A DNA stretch of 64,000 nt from an uncultured Gammaproteobacteria bacterium (GCA_964583685.1 CAZOVJ010000002.1:45055-109054), one strand, 5' to 3'. Shown: positions 9,937 through 20,010, counted from the first letter of the stretch. A program made the numbers and translations. Notes: generated by a model not told the origin, from the sequence alone.

Positions 9937-10698
9937 TCACTTGGCTATTCCGGCATCTCGTAATCGTTGGGTGTACATTGGTAGTAGGAATAGACCCAAG
10001 ATGGCAGAGACACTGTCTCCCATAAACCACCCTATTCCTGGATCAACCAGTGCCGCTGCAAACGGTTTCCCACCAACGGTTGCACCGATCGCGCCAATCA
10101 ATGCGCTTACCAGGCATATCAAGACGACGATAAGCAGAGCAGGTAGGAAATGTCGCGGGTTAAGCTCTAACCCCCCAAGCAGCAAACGTGCCCCAACTAC
10201 AAGCACTGCCAAGGGAATTAGAAATCCCCAGGGCATTACTAAGTTGAGGGATATGTTCAACAAACCTGCTGCTAAAACCAGGAGGGTCAAAATCATGACC
10301 CGAACGGCTCCGGTCAACACGTCAGATGGTTTCTTTGCCCCCAAAGTTGGATCGATTTTGAAGGCGGTGAACAGGAGAGCGGGCAACGCTGCGTTTGCGA
10401 GGCCGCCGGCAATTGGGTTCATGATAATATCCACGATACCCCAACCGCCGTACGCCAAAATTCCTGCCGCATAGGCTCCCAACCCCGCGGCTAGACAACC
10501 ATACCAAGGCCCCAGCCAGATGCCGGCAACAAGCTGCAAGGCCGCCGGAAGCCAGATAAAACTGGCTCCTTTGACAGTTGGCGATGATCCTACTGTCATC
10601 ATCACCCAGCCGATGGCGGCAATAGCCACGGCCATGCCGATAGTAAACATAAGTCGCAGTGCCGGGTCGCGCCTAACGACATATTCCGAAGTAGTCAT
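9937..10698 (-). CDS. ECF transporter substrate-specific (S) component, Gly/Ala-rich 6-TM protein (substrate unknown; folate-family is a guess from context)
   Basis: Hydrophobic small-residue-rich integral membrane protein directly upstream of the EcfT/A/A' gene; high GC. Confidence 0.5.
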   Translation of the reverse strand: MTTSEYVVRRDPALRLMFTIGMAVAIAAIGWVMMTVGSSPTVKGASFIWLPAALQLVAGIWLGPWYGCLAAGLGAYAAGILAYGGWGIVDIIMNPIAGGLANAALPALLFTAFKIDPTLGAKKPSDVLTGAVRVMILTLLVLAAGLLNISLNLVMPWGFLIPLAVLVVGARLLLGGLELNPRHFLPALLIVVLICLVSALIGAIGATVGGKPFAAALVDPGIGWFMGDSVSAILGLFLLPMYTQRLRDAGIAK

Positions 10699-10869
10699 TG
10701 GATCTTCTCCTTATTTGAACTTAGATCTATCGGACGGTTGGACACAAGTTTGCATAGAGCCTCCTTATTTGAAACAGCAGAGGAAGAAAACAGCCACATA
10801 GAAGTGACTATCTTTTCCCTCCACTGCTTCCAGTTCTGAAATCACTATTTAAATTTAATTGTTAATGTG

Positions 10870-11610
10870 CTAATTACCTTTTTGCATATTTCTTAATTCA
10901 GGAAGCAAAGAAATACTTTCAAATAGACGTGGATCCAGACGTTCCCAGTAAATCCCCTTCGGCTTTTGCTGGGTTTCTGAAACACGAATGAGGCGGCTAG
11001 GGGTAATAATAATGTCACAGAGAGTATCAAAAGGTTCTACTTGAAGTTCGTTCTCTGTCACTTGACAATCATGAACAAAAGCCACCACGGGTGTTTCCTC
11101 GCCAACCATACCTATTTCCCTCATCATTGCCCACTCAATATCGAAAAAGCCATGGCCCTTGCCATACCTCACTCCATTGATGCTTATAACAGATGCGCCA
11201 GTTATCAAAAAGTCAATTTCCCCTAACTTCTGAATGTCGGCAAGGGTTAATCTCTCCCCGAAACGCTCCATGCCATCCAATGAAGAAGCGTAGTTTTCTT
11301 GCCCTTGAGGCACCATTCCTCTCTCAAGCAAAATCATTCCACGACGAATACCATAAGTCGGCACAATCGCTTGTTTTGAATCTCGAATACTCTGGCTTCG
11401 TATCCCTTCTAAACAATTATCGGGTGTTATCAGTATCCGCTTTGATTCTCTATAAAGATCGAGATCCAATAAATGAGTCAGTGCCTGGTCACTCCCTTCA
11501 AAATCCGGGATAAATTCGGCAAAATTAAGATGATACCTACTGTCTGGCCTGGCAACCAGCGATAGCTGCTCCCAGACCCGCTCTCTTATCGTATCCCTTT
11601 CAGTTCTCAT
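10870..11610 (-). CDS. 5-formyltetrahydrofolate cyclo-ligase family protein
   Basis: GVRYGKGHGFFD matches the MTHFS G-G-G-YD motif. Confidence 0.6.
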   Translation of the reverse strand: MRTERDTIRERVWEQLSLVARPDSRYHLNFAEFIPDFEGSDQALTHLLDLDLYRESKRILITPDNCLEGIRSQSIRDSKQAIVPTYGIRRGMILLERGMVPQGQENYASSLDGMERFGERLTLADIQKLGEIDFLITGASVISINGVRYGKGHGFFDIEWAMMREIGMVGEETPVVAFVHDCQVTENELQVEPFDTLCDIIITPSRLIRVSETQQKPKGIYWERLDPRLFESISLLPELRNMQKGN

Positions 11611-11644
11611 TTTTAATCTCTTTCAGATATTCTTTATAAAACAA

Positions 11645-11680
11645 AAATCCTGCTTAAAGCAGGACAAACTAGTGTCTTTA
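11645..11680 (-). terminator. Rho-independent terminator downstream of the PRTase gene
   Basis: Perfect hairpin tcctgctt-taa-agcagga, followed on the minus strand by a T-run. Confidence 0.55.
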
Positions 11681-11789
11681 TAAAACAAAAAAAATGTTTC
11701 TTGTTGACTGCCATTCTATTAACAAAACTTTCCTGCGGCAAACAGGTTATTATTCTGTAATTTCAGACTATAAGGTTTTAATTTTTATG

Positions 11790-12320
11790 TCAAGAGCTGA
11801 AAACAGGAAGGGTATCTAAGTAGACCAAGTCTTGAAGGTCTTCATCCGTCCGGTCTCCTTGCTTAAAAACTGCCATATACATCACCGCTTTTGCCCCAAT
11901 GCCTTTCATCAATCCCTTTATCACCCGCATTGTGTATCCGGAAAAAATAACGTCATCAACTATAACTACTTTCTTGTTTTTGAGAAGTCTCGCATCCCTT
12001 CCATCCAGAACAAGCCCCTGTCTTCCTTTTGACTTTACTGGAGAAACCATATATCCATGGATCTTCTTTCTACAAACAACGTATTTAGGTTTACCGAGAA
12101 TCCTGGAGAGTTCATGAAGCAGAGGAACAACCTTAACTTCAGGCCCAACCAAATAGTCAAACTCTACACCCTTTAACTTCCTGAGTAACTTCTGGGCTAT
12201 AATTTCAACAAGTTCTTCATCCCCAAGTAAGTTAAAAGAGGCAACTTTTATTTTGGGACCCAGTGCCACAACTGGCAGCTTTCTCGCAACTTTCCCAACC
12301 CTTAAGGTATAAAAATCCAT
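11790..12320 (-). CDS. Type I phosphoribosyltransferase (purine PRTase-like)
   Basis: PRPP-binding motif VVIVDDVIFSGYTM. Confidence 0.7.
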   Translation of the reverse strand: MDFYTLRVGKVARKLPVVALGPKIKVASFNLLGDEELVEIIAQKLLRKLKGVEFDYLVGPEVKVVPLLHELSRILGKPKYVVCRKKIHGYMVSPVKSKGRQGLVLDGRDARLLKNKKVVIVDDVIFSGYTMRVIKGLMKGIGAKAVMYMAVFKQGDRTDEDLQDLVYLDTLPVFSS

Positions 12321-12559
12321 ATTATTACACTTTAACCAGATATCAGGGTTTTGTAAACGCTACGCAATGTTTTACTGGATCAATGAGTGAGTGAAAAGGG
12401 TGTATATTACGAGGTAAACATTAACACAGACAATATTTTCCAAAATTTTCTAACTACAAGATTATAAACAACACCGGTCTCCTAACTTTTTTACCAGATA
12501 CCCCTCGTCCTTATTAGGCATGCTTTGTTTATCGCTCGCAAACTTGATAAAATTCGATT

Positions 12560-13036
12560 ATGAGAAGAACAGGAGTCAGAGCAGTAGCGGTATTAACAAA
12601 AGGTGACAGAATACTTTTAATTCATAGAACTCGAGATAGTAAGGAATTTTGGGTTTTGCCAGGAGGCGGAGTAGAAAAGGATGAGAAAATTGAAGAAGCA
12701 GTTAGCCGTGAAGTTGAAGAAGAGACAAGCATCAAGTGTAAAATTGTTAAATTGCTTTATACACACGTTTATTCTGACCTTGGTCACAAACAATATTATT
12801 ACCTGTGTAAATACGTTTCAGGAACCCCCAACCTGGGGAAATTCAATGAATTCTATACAATGAAGGAAGAAAATCAGACTTACGCACCAGTTTGGGTAAA
12901 CATTGGAAACTTGCCAAAAATATTACTTTATCCTCTGGAAATTCGGGACTGGATTATTCAAGATTACAGAACAAACTTCGAGCACCCGCCTAAATCCGCG
13001 ACGTTAAAATCCACAAATCTCCGTCAAGAAACATGA
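12560..13036 (+). CDS. NUDIX hydrolase (paralog A)
   Basis: Nudix box GGGVEKDEKIEEAVSREVEEETSI; about 70 % identical to the 26461-26937 product. Confidence 0.8.
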   Translation: MRRTGVRAVAVLTKGDRILLIHRTRDSKEFWVLPGGGVEKDEKIEEAVSREVEEETSIKCKIVKLLYTHVYSDLGHKQYYYLCKYVSGTPNLGKFNEFYTMKEENQTYAPVWVNIGNLPKILLYPLEIRDWIIQDYRTNFEHPPKSATLKSTNLRQET

Positions 13037-13040
13037 GGCC

Positions 13041-13303
13041 TTTTTTTTATACTGTCTCATTCGTCTCACTTCAACTTTGCTAAGTGTTATAACATTCAGC
13101 CTCGAGCGTGACTTGGGAGTAAAGAAAAAATGGCTAGAGAAAGCAATTATTTTTAGAAGGTATGTAGATGATAAAAATGCAATCCCAAAAAACTTAAACT
13201 GGGGAAAGTGTGAAAAAGGTACAAAAATAGGAAGTATTGTGTAATTAGTACAATATGCCGTTAGTTATAATGATAGAAAGGTTCTAGACCGACCTGCTCA
13301 GCC
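13041..13303 (+). repeat. Island repeat: L-module (13041-13124) and R-module (13264-13303) separated by a 140-bp AT-rich insert
   Basis: ttttttttatactgtctcattcgtctcac...agcctcgagcgtga...ggagtaa // gttataatgatagaaaggttctagaccgacctgctcagcc. Confidence 0.75.
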
Positions 13304-13472
13304 AAATTGAGCACCCATATGTAGCCCATGTCTCTAGAAAATCCCATGTTTTCTATCAAAACGGCTATTTTTCTTTCAAACATTCGTACCACACGCTCAA
13401 TGTCCGTATAAATCCCCTAGTATTGACTGAGATAACCTTGAATGTTATATTGACGCACTGCCAATAACAAAC

Positions 13473-14402
13473 ATGGCAGCAAGAAAACAAAGAAAAACTA
13501 GCAGAAACAAGACGCCAAAACAATACACCGCTTCAGTATATACAGATCTGAAAGATGGCCATTTACCTTTAAAGTTGGCCAAGGCCATTCAAGCACTTGA
13601 AAAATCTCTCAAGAAGAAGGTCTTTATGGTAATTCAAAATGGAGAAGGGCCATATGGACAACTCGATGAAGCCCTGATTAAGAGGTTGAGAAAAGAAGTC
13701 GACAATATTCCTCGAGAGCTGGCTTTGCTGATTGATTCTCCAGGTGGTTACGCAATAGATGCATATAGGCTGTCTGTGTTGCTTAGAAAGGTTAGTCCAA
13801 AATATCTGGCCTTGGTTCCCCGATACGCTAAAAGTGCAGCAACCCTAGCCGTATTGGGAGCAGGCCAGATAATGCTAGGCAGTTTTGGTGAATTAGGACC
13901 ATTGGATGCTTGGTATTATGATCCAGAGAAGGAAGAGAGGATCTCGGCTCTAGACGAAGTTCAAGCATTAGAGCGCTTACACGCCTTCTCTCTTGAGGCC
14001 ATAGACTCTACAATGATTCTGTTAGGAAAAAGGGCTAATAAAAAAATTAGCACACTCTTGCCACTTAGCTTAAATTATATCTGTGGTTTATTAAAACCAA
14101 TTTTCGAGAAAATTGACGTTGTTCATTATACCCGATCTTCAAGGGTGCTCTTGGCGGCGGAAGAATATGCGGCTAGGTTGCTCTCTGGAAAATATTCTAA
14201 AAAAAGAGCAGAAGAAATTGCGAGGCACTTAACAGAGATGTATCCTGAACATGGTTTTTCCATAAACATTGAAGAAGCGGAACGAATAGATGCTGACTTA
14301 GTTGTTGTACCATCAGAGGAACAAGATGCTATAATGAAAAAGATAGTGGAATATTTAGAAAGTGATATTAACATAATTGGTACAATTGAAGAAGCAAAAT
14401 AA
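13473..14402 (+). CDS. ClpP/crotonase-fold serine peptidase (S49/SDH-like)
   Basis: LIDSPGGYAIDAYRL...AKSAATLAVLGAGQIMLG resembles the S49/SDH active-site region. Confidence 0.5.
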   Translation: MAARKQRKTSRNKTPKQYTASVYTDLKDGHLPLKLAKAIQALEKSLKKKVFMVIQNGEGPYGQLDEALIKRLRKEVDNIPRELALLIDSPGGYAIDAYRLSVLLRKVSPKYLALVPRYAKSAATLAVLGAGQIMLGSFGELGPLDAWYYDPEKEERISALDEVQALERLHAFSLEAIDSTMILLGKRANKKISTLLPLSLNYICGLLKPIFEKIDVVHYTRSSRVLLAAEEYAARLLSGKYSKKRAEEIARHLTEMYPEHGFSINIEEAERIDADLVVVPSEEQDAIMKKIVEYLESDINIIGTIEEAK

Positions 14403-14651
14403 TGTTTTCTAAACGAAAAAAGATTGAAAAGCCAAAGGCGAGTGTGGGTGAAACAACCCACGCTGTAGTTGAAACTTCAATAAAACTAGCTAAAAAGTCG
14501 AAAAAGAAATGGGAATTTTTTCGAAGCAAACCTTCAGGAAATAAACTTTCATTGTGGTTTAAGTACTAGTAATAGGCGTTATTATTGTACCCCCCAACCG
14601 CACGTAAGTTACGACGAGAACACTCAGTGTAAACGTTTCTGGTAAAATTAG

Positions 14652-15293
14652 ATGAGTTATAAGGATATAAAGGTCCTAGCCCGGCCTGCTCAGCACCACT
14701 TTTTAACCTCAAAAAACTTTATTAAACCGAACAACCCCATCTGGGATTCGAAACCTCTCCCTGCTGTGCAATGTTTAGATACAAACCGGGTATGGTATAC
14801 TCACACTCAAACAATGACAGAACGACCATTTGAATCTCCTGAATTTGAGAAAAGAGCAGAGGCTTTTATTGAAGAAGTTCGAACTGAAACTCAGTCAAAC
14901 GATGATTCTCGGTATCGTCAGGTAAGTAGTGTTAGGGTGGGCAAGTATCTTCCAGGGGCAATTAGAGGTCTGGATAAGTTACAATCTTTAGTTGATTATG
15001 CCAAAACAGAGTTTACCCTTAGACCTCGCTACCTGTCGGATGTGTATGATATAAAATCTGCAAACTCGTGTGTTGTTGAGTTTAGTGCAACATTTAACTC
15101 AAGACGCGCTCTTGGTAGGTTTGTAGAAAGAATACTGCAAATAGCCGAGGCCCACGGGGGACAAATAGATGAAACAATACTCCCTTTACTGACTACTGTT
15201 AGAGAAGATGATTATATTAGAGCACAGCGAGGTAACTATGGTTACCATTTTCGTACTTTGCTCTTTTTCGAGTTTTCCAGCTCTGCCGAGTGA
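14652..15293 (+). CDS. Hypothetical protein; the true start is probably the in-frame ATG at 14814, because the first 40 codons overlap the repeat R-module
   Basis: ORF; the in-frame Met at 14814 (MTERPFESPEFEKRAEAF...) lies downstream of the repeat. Confidence 0.45.
   Translation: MSYKDIKVLARPAQHHFLTSKNFIKPNNPIWDSKPLPAVQCLDTNRVWYTHTQTMTERPFESPEFEKRAEAFIEEVRTETQSNDDSRYRQVSSVRVGKYLPGAIRGLDKLQSLVDYAKTEFTLRPRYLSDVYDIKSANSCVVEFSATFNSRRALGRFVERILQIAEAHGGQIDETILPLLTTVREDDYIRAQRGNYGYHFRTLLFFEFSSSAE
14656..14694 (+). repeat. Island repeat R-module
   Basis: gttataaggatataaaggtcctagcccggcctgctcagc; it overlaps the annotated 5' end of ORF 14652. Confidence 0.7.
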
Positions 15294-15425
15294 ATAACTT
15301 ATATCATTCCTCATTAGTTTGCATAAGAATGGAGAAACTGTTGTGATTACTGGTAAACTAATTCAGGATAAGGAATAATTTCTGTCCAGTTTGCAGTTCG
15401 GAAATCGTCAGGTAGTGCCAGCACT

Positions 15426-15465
15426 TTTTTTATACTGTCTCATCTCTTCAACTTTTACGTCCACA
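15426..15465 (+). repeat. Island repeat L-module (solo), preceded by the small hairpin agtgc-ca-gcact
   Basis: tttttttatactgtctcatctcttcaacttt. Confidence 0.65.
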
Positions 15466-15501
15466 TTGATAAATAAACCTTAGTTTATGTAGAATGAATG
15501 T

Positions 15502-15960
15502 ATGATTAAACTTATTGCCTCAATCGTCATTTGTCAGCTGGCTGGAATTATTGGAGCTTTTTTTACTACTCCCTCGATTTCTGGTTGGTATGCTAGCCTT
15601 AACAAACCTTTTTTCAATCCACCCAGCTGGTTATTTGGTCCCGTCTGGATCTTGCTATATTTACTAATGGGAGTTTCTCTGTATTTAGTTTGGAGTCAAA
15701 AAAATCAAGCAGGAAAAAAACTTGCCCTAACCATTTTTGCAATTCAACTGGGGCTTAACAGTTTTTGGTCAATTGTCTTCTTTGGCCTACAGTTGCCCTG
15801 GGTAGCATTTTTGGAAATCCTGGTGCTTTTGTTTTTTATTGTTTTAACGATTGTTAAGTTCTTTCCAATATCAAAAATATCAGCTTACCTTTTAATTCCC
15901 TATCTTTTGTGGGTGAGTTTTGCCAGCCTTCTTAATCTTTACATTGTTAAACTGAATTAG
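15502..15960 (+). CDS. tspO: TspO/MBR family tryptophan-rich sensory protein
   Basis: GWYASLNKPFFNPPSWLFGPVWILLY is a hallmark of TspO. Confidence 0.8.
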   Translation: MIKLIASIVICQLAGIIGAFFTTPSISGWYASLNKPFFNPPSWLFGPVWILLYLLMGVSLYLVWSQKNQAGKKLALTIFAIQLGLNSFWSIVFFGLQLPWVAFLEILVLLFFIVLTIVKFFPISKISAYLLIPYLLWVSFASLLNLYIVKLN

Positions 15961-15967
15961 AAATCTC

Positions 15968-16062
15968 TTTTTTATACTGTTTCATTTGTCTCAATTAGCT
16001 TCGATTATGATACACTTGGAGTAATTGATTATGGGCTCGAAAGGGTCCAGACCTACCTGCTT
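15968..16062 (+). repeat. Island repeat: compact L+R element
   Basis: ttttttatactgtttcatttgtctcaattagcttcgattatgatacacttggagtaattgattatgggctcgaaagggtccagacctacctgcttgc. Confidence 0.75.
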
Positions 16063-16093
16063 GCTAACTTAAACATTTAATCTGTTTAAAAAA

Positions 16094-16657
16094 ATGGTAG
16101 AAGATATTGTTAGTAAAATATCGGGTGAGCTTAGTAGAGGCATAGACTCTGAGCCTCAGGTACTTTATTTGCTTGTTGAAATTAGAAAAATAAGACAAGC
16201 GAATGTCGATCAAGCAAATTTAGGAAGTAGTAAAACATTCTTAGACTTTTACCGTGACTGGGCTTGTCATGTAGAGTTGACTCACAATGATGCCGTCGAA
16301 ACATTCCTTAACAGATTCGAGGTTCTAGTAAATCCAAGCTTAACAGCCCATGAAATAGCTAGAAGTTTTATTAGTCATTTCCCATCCTTTTTCAAGCTCG
16401 ACGAGTTGAGAAATGAACTAAGAGGTTTCTTTAAAGATAAGGAGTTAACAACTGAACTAACTGATGACCGGGGAAAATGGTATACGTTCGTCAAACATCT
16501 ATTAGGCATTCTAAAGAACTGCAGTATAAAGCGATTGCGTTCCAATGGAAAAATTGAGGAACTTACTTTAGAAGTCGATGGTCAAGGGAATGCAAAATTT
16601 AAATTTCGCCTTAGAGGAAGAAAAGATTGCCCCGTTTGTAAATTGAAATGGAAATAG
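16094..16657 (+). CDS. Hypothetical protein; distant paralog of the 28090-28560 product
   Basis: Shared blocks SEPQVLYLLVEIRKI / SEIQVVFILSKIRKL and FYRDWACHVELTH / FYCNWVLHNKIDR. Confidence 0.5.
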   Translation: MVEDIVSKISGELSRGIDSEPQVLYLLVEIRKIRQANVDQANLGSSKTFLDFYRDWACHVELTHNDAVETFLNRFEVLVNPSLTAHEIARSFISHFPSFFKLDELRNELRGFFKDKELTTELTDDRGKWYTFVKHLLGILKNCSIKRLRSNGKIEELTLEVDGQGNAKFKFRLRGRKDCPVCKLKWK

Positions 16658-16672
16658 TTCTAATGAGTCCCA

Positions 16673-16860
16673 AGAGTGTTACACTTGGAGTAATCGATTA
16701 TAGGCTCAAAAGGTTCTAGACCGGCCTGCTCAATTATCTGGGATTAAGAACCTCAGGCACGACGTCCAGTTATGAGGACAAGTTGGGTCTAGACCGACCT
16801 GCTTCAATTATTTCGGAATCAGAACCCTAAGCACAGTGTCCAATTATCAGGATTAGAAAA
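16673..16860 (+). repeat. Island repeat: truncated L-module plus two tandem R subunits (about 60-70 bp each)
   Basis: gtgttacacttggagtaatcgattataggctcaaaaggttctagaccggcctgctcaattatctgggattaagaacc...gggtctagaccgacctgcttcaattatttcggaatcagaaccc... Confidence 0.75.
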
Positions 16861-16949
16861 CTTTAGAACAAGGAGCTTCAGTTAAAAATTTAGCTAAAAT
16901 ATACCAAATTCGAAAATAAGATCCGAACTCTAGATTCAGGAATTTATAT

Positions 16950-18173
16950 TTATAGTAACTCTAGGGCTGCTCTCACGTAAATTTCTAAAACCCTAGTTAG
17001 TGAAGAAAGTTCTAGATACTCGTCAGCAGAATGTACTCCATCTCCTTCGGCTCCAAAACCACAAACCATTGGAATACCTGCTTTAACAAACATATATCCT
17101 TCATTCCAAGGACCACAACCTCGAACTTCTGGGGTGATATTCATAACTTCCTTGTCTAACTTCTTAAGAATTTTAACCAAAGGTTCTTTTGGGGATATTA
17201 CTACCCCTGGAACATTATTTTTAATTGTCAATTGAAATTTAATCTTTTCTTGCTCACATTCTTGAGCTAGTTTTCTAATCTTTTCTATATACTCTTTGTT
17301 GCTGTGATTAGGTAATAATCGAGCATCAAGTAAAACTTTAGCTCTATCAGGAACAATTGATTCTCCACTTCCACCTTGTAATAATGTTGGAGTTAAAACA
17401 AAACCGTAACCAGGAAAGGCAGGATGAACATTGGGTATTGTTATTTCCGATAGACGATCTATAAAACGAACCACTGCTTTAATTGCATTAGCTCCTTTTT
17501 TCTTATTTTGCCAACTACTCGAACCTGTATGAACTGCTTCACCTGTAAACTCAACCCAAATGCGGACACCACCACGATGACCAATGGTTATCGTTTCAAC
17601 CCCAGGATAAGTATAAATAGCGGCTTTGGCTTGAAGACCTTTTTCTAACAAATATTTTGCTCCTAGTTTTGAGTCGGCTCCACTTTCTTCATCAACAACA
17701 CCAACAAATTTGGCAAGTTCTGGCTTACCTAAATCCTTAAGTATCCTTAAGGCATAAAGAGATAAAGCAACTCCAGCTTTACAATCAATTGCCCCCCTAC
17801 CATAAAGTCTTTCGTCTTTAACTTCAGCTCCAAATGGCTTATATTTCCACTTTTTTTCATCACCTACTGGAACAGTATCAAGATGAGCTACAAATAAAAG
17901 TCCTAACCTAGATTTAAAGTTTGTCCCAACAAAAACATTCGGTCTGTCCCCCTCCAACGCTACTAGTTTATGTGCTAGTCCTAACTTTTCGGCTTGAGAA
18001 GCAACTAACTTAGCTATTTTTCTTTCAGTGTTTTGCCCATTTACTGAAGGTGTTTTTACTAAATCTTTACAGAAACTAACCAAATCATGCTCATAATCCT
18101 GAGTCAAATTTTGAATTTTTGAAATTTCTAATCGTTTAACCATCAAAATATTATACCAAATTACATTCTTCAT
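16950..18173 (-). CDS. M20 family metallopeptidase (ArgE/DapE-like)
   Basis: HLDTVPVGDEKKW...GRGAIDCKAG metal-binding motifs. Confidence 0.75.
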   Translation of the reverse strand: MKNVIWYNILMVKRLEISKIQNLTQDYEHDLVSFCKDLVKTPSVNGQNTERKIAKLVASQAEKLGLAHKLVALEGDRPNVFVGTNFKSRLGLLFVAHLDTVPVGDEKKWKYKPFGAEVKDERLYGRGAIDCKAGVALSLYALRILKDLGKPELAKFVGVVDEESGADSKLGAKYLLEKGLQAKAAIYTYPGVETITIGHRGGVRIWVEFTGEAVHTGSSSWQNKKKGANAIKAVVRFIDRLSEITIPNVHPAFPGYGFVLTPTLLQGGSGESIVPDRAKVLLDARLLPNHSNKEYIEKIRKLAQECEQEKIKFQLTIKNNVPGVVISPKEPLVKILKKLDKEVMNITPEVRGCGPWNEGYMFVKAGIPMVCGFGAEGDGVHSADEYLELSSLTRVLEIYVRAALELL

Positions 18174-18202
18174 TTATAATAGAAGCGATTGTGATTAATA
18201 AG

Positions 18203-18282
18203 CTCAATTTTCTCGGAATCAGAACCCTAGGCATACGGTCCAGTTATAAGGACTAAATTGATCTAGACCGAGGAGCTGCTAG
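18203..18282 (+). repeat. Island repeat R subunit
   Basis: gctcaattttctcggaatcagaaccctaggcatacggtccagttataaggactaaattgatctagaccgaggagctgc. Confidence 0.7.
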
Positions 18283-18360
18283 TAAAAAGTGATAATCCTG
18301 GGGCGTGAAGCTAATCCACACTTGGTGTGGGAAAGTGCCACATTTTTAACTTGCGATATT

Positions 18361-19986
18361 TTACGTTTTTTCCTTAATCATGCGTCTGAGTGCTTCTTCT
18401 GAAAACCCAAGTTCGTCAGCTAAAAGAACGCCATGGCTTGCCTGGGCCATACCCGGCACAATTTTATATGAAGGGATTATTTTGCCTTTATCGATTTGAA
18501 ATTCTGTTTGCATATTTTGAATGCCTTCCCATTCGTCAACTGCACTTACAACTTCATGAAGGTGTGTGGCGATATAGGTAGGAGCACCAAGCCTTCTTAA
18601 GGCAGAGATAAGCCGTAGCGATATCTCTATAGCATCCTGGGGCGAGGTGCCTTTTATTGGTTCATCTATAAGGAAAAATGTCCTTTTGCTGGCAAACATA
18701 AGGGCTTCCTTTAAACGTCGTAACTCATCGGCAAATCCACCTTCACCACGCTCAATATCTTCAGGGTGGGTAAAATGTGTGCCAATACCGTCAAACTGGC
18801 GGATATCTGCGGTTGTTGCAGGAATAGGAAAACCACTATGTGCAAGAACGAGTGCAAGTCCAACCGCCTTTATATATACAGATTTCCCCGTATTGTTTGG
18901 ACCTGTAATAATAGTAACATTACTATCTGGAAGAGATACTGCGTCGTTTGGCACCATGCCACGGCGTGAGAGAATTACATCTTCTTGCGTAAGCAGACAG
19001 GGGTTATAAAGACCTTTAATATCAAAGTGTACATCAAGGTTCTCTTGTATTGTTGGGAATAGTACAGGTAAGTTATGTGACCTGAGTACGTCAACATAGC
19101 GGGTAGCCCCCAAGAAAAAATCCGCCTTCCTGCGAAAAGTAAGGAACTCTCCGACAATAGACAAATTGCGCTTAGTGAGAAGATCAAATGCTTCAGCGAA
19201 TTTCTTTTCTCCTTCTTCAGGGTATTCGGAAGTAAACCCAGATAACATCAGGAACTTACACTTTACATCCAATGTTCGAAGGGCCCACCGGACAAGTTCT
19301 TTCCACTGTTCACTCTTAGAGTATTGAATATTTTCAACGCCATAAACTGTATCGAAGTAGTCATATTTCACTCGTAATGTTCCTTGACCAAAATTATCCA
19401 TCGAATCAAGAAGACCCAAAGCGGTTTGGTAGTCTTTATTGTTGACTATAATATTTTGACGCTCGCAAAGCTTATCAAATACAGGTGATTGGCATGGTAT
19501 AGAGTCAACCGCTTTTACGCTACCCGCAAGAGTAGCAAGAATAAGGTAGTCAACGGCGATGAGCTTCTTAACTTCTCTTCTGGATGAAAGATTGATATAT
19601 TGTTTCGGTTCCAGATTTCCAAGAAGCTCAAGGCGTTTTTTAGAAGCATCAACACATGCGTATGAACAAACGATAAAGGCGTCAACGGCCTCTCGGGCAG
19701 ATGGATTTTCCAAAAGCTCACTAATTGCCTTACGGTACGCTTCGCACTCTTTTGAGGGCTTAAAGTTTATAAGTTCGTGAGTCATAAATTCGACAGAATC
19801 CTCAGGTCTATACGGTCGAATGAATGAATTTACGAAAAGCGGCAAATCAATATCCTCTATAGCCCGTTCGACTGTAGGATAGTTTTCTTTTCTGGAAAGA
19901 CCTAAGGGTTCAACCTCTGGTTTTGGCATATCAAAGCTAAGGGGCAAGGCGTAGCAAAAGCAGAAATTATGATGTGAGCATAACAC
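18361..19986 (-). CDS. MutS-domain-V ATPase lacking the mismatch-recognition domain (MutS-related); the true start may be the Met at 19929
   Basis: Walker A ITGPNNTGKSVYIKAVG, plus FLIDEPIKGTSPQD...ATHLHEV, which matches the MutS ABC ATPase core. Confidence 0.65.
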   Translation of the reverse strand: MLCSHHNFCFCYALPLSFDMPKPEVEPLGLSRKENYPTVERAIEDIDLPLFVNSFIRPYRPEDSVEFMTHELINFKPSKECEAYRKAISELLENPSAREAVDAFIVCSYACVDASKKRLELLGNLEPKQYINLSSRREVKKLIAVDYLILATLAGSVKAVDSIPCQSPVFDKLCERQNIIVNNKDYQTALGLLDSMDNFGQGTLRVKYDYFDTVYGVENIQYSKSEQWKELVRWALRTLDVKCKFLMLSGFTSEYPEEGEKKFAEAFDLLTKRNLSIVGEFLTFRRKADFFLGATRYVDVLRSHNLPVLFPTIQENLDVHFDIKGLYNPCLLTQEDVILSRRGMVPNDAVSLPDSNVTIITGPNNTGKSVYIKAVGLALVLAHSGFPIPATTADIRQFDGIGTHFTHPEDIERGEGGFADELRRLKEALMFASKRTFFLIDEPIKGTSPQDAIEISLRLISALRRLGAPTYIATHLHEVVSAVDEWEGIQNMQTEFQIDKGKIIPSYKIVPGMAQASHGVLLADELGFSEEALRRMIKEKT

Positions 19987-20010
19987 AGAATGACTTTTGT
20001 GACAATAATA

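Noticed and set aside
8048-10507. Multiple + and - strand ORFs (8048-8290, 8122-8373, 8333-8617, 9905-10474, 10322-10507) inside the ECF genes
   Set aside because: They are antisense or out-of-frame products of a high-GC region, where stop codons are rare. The ECF reading frames have clear ABC and TM motifs.
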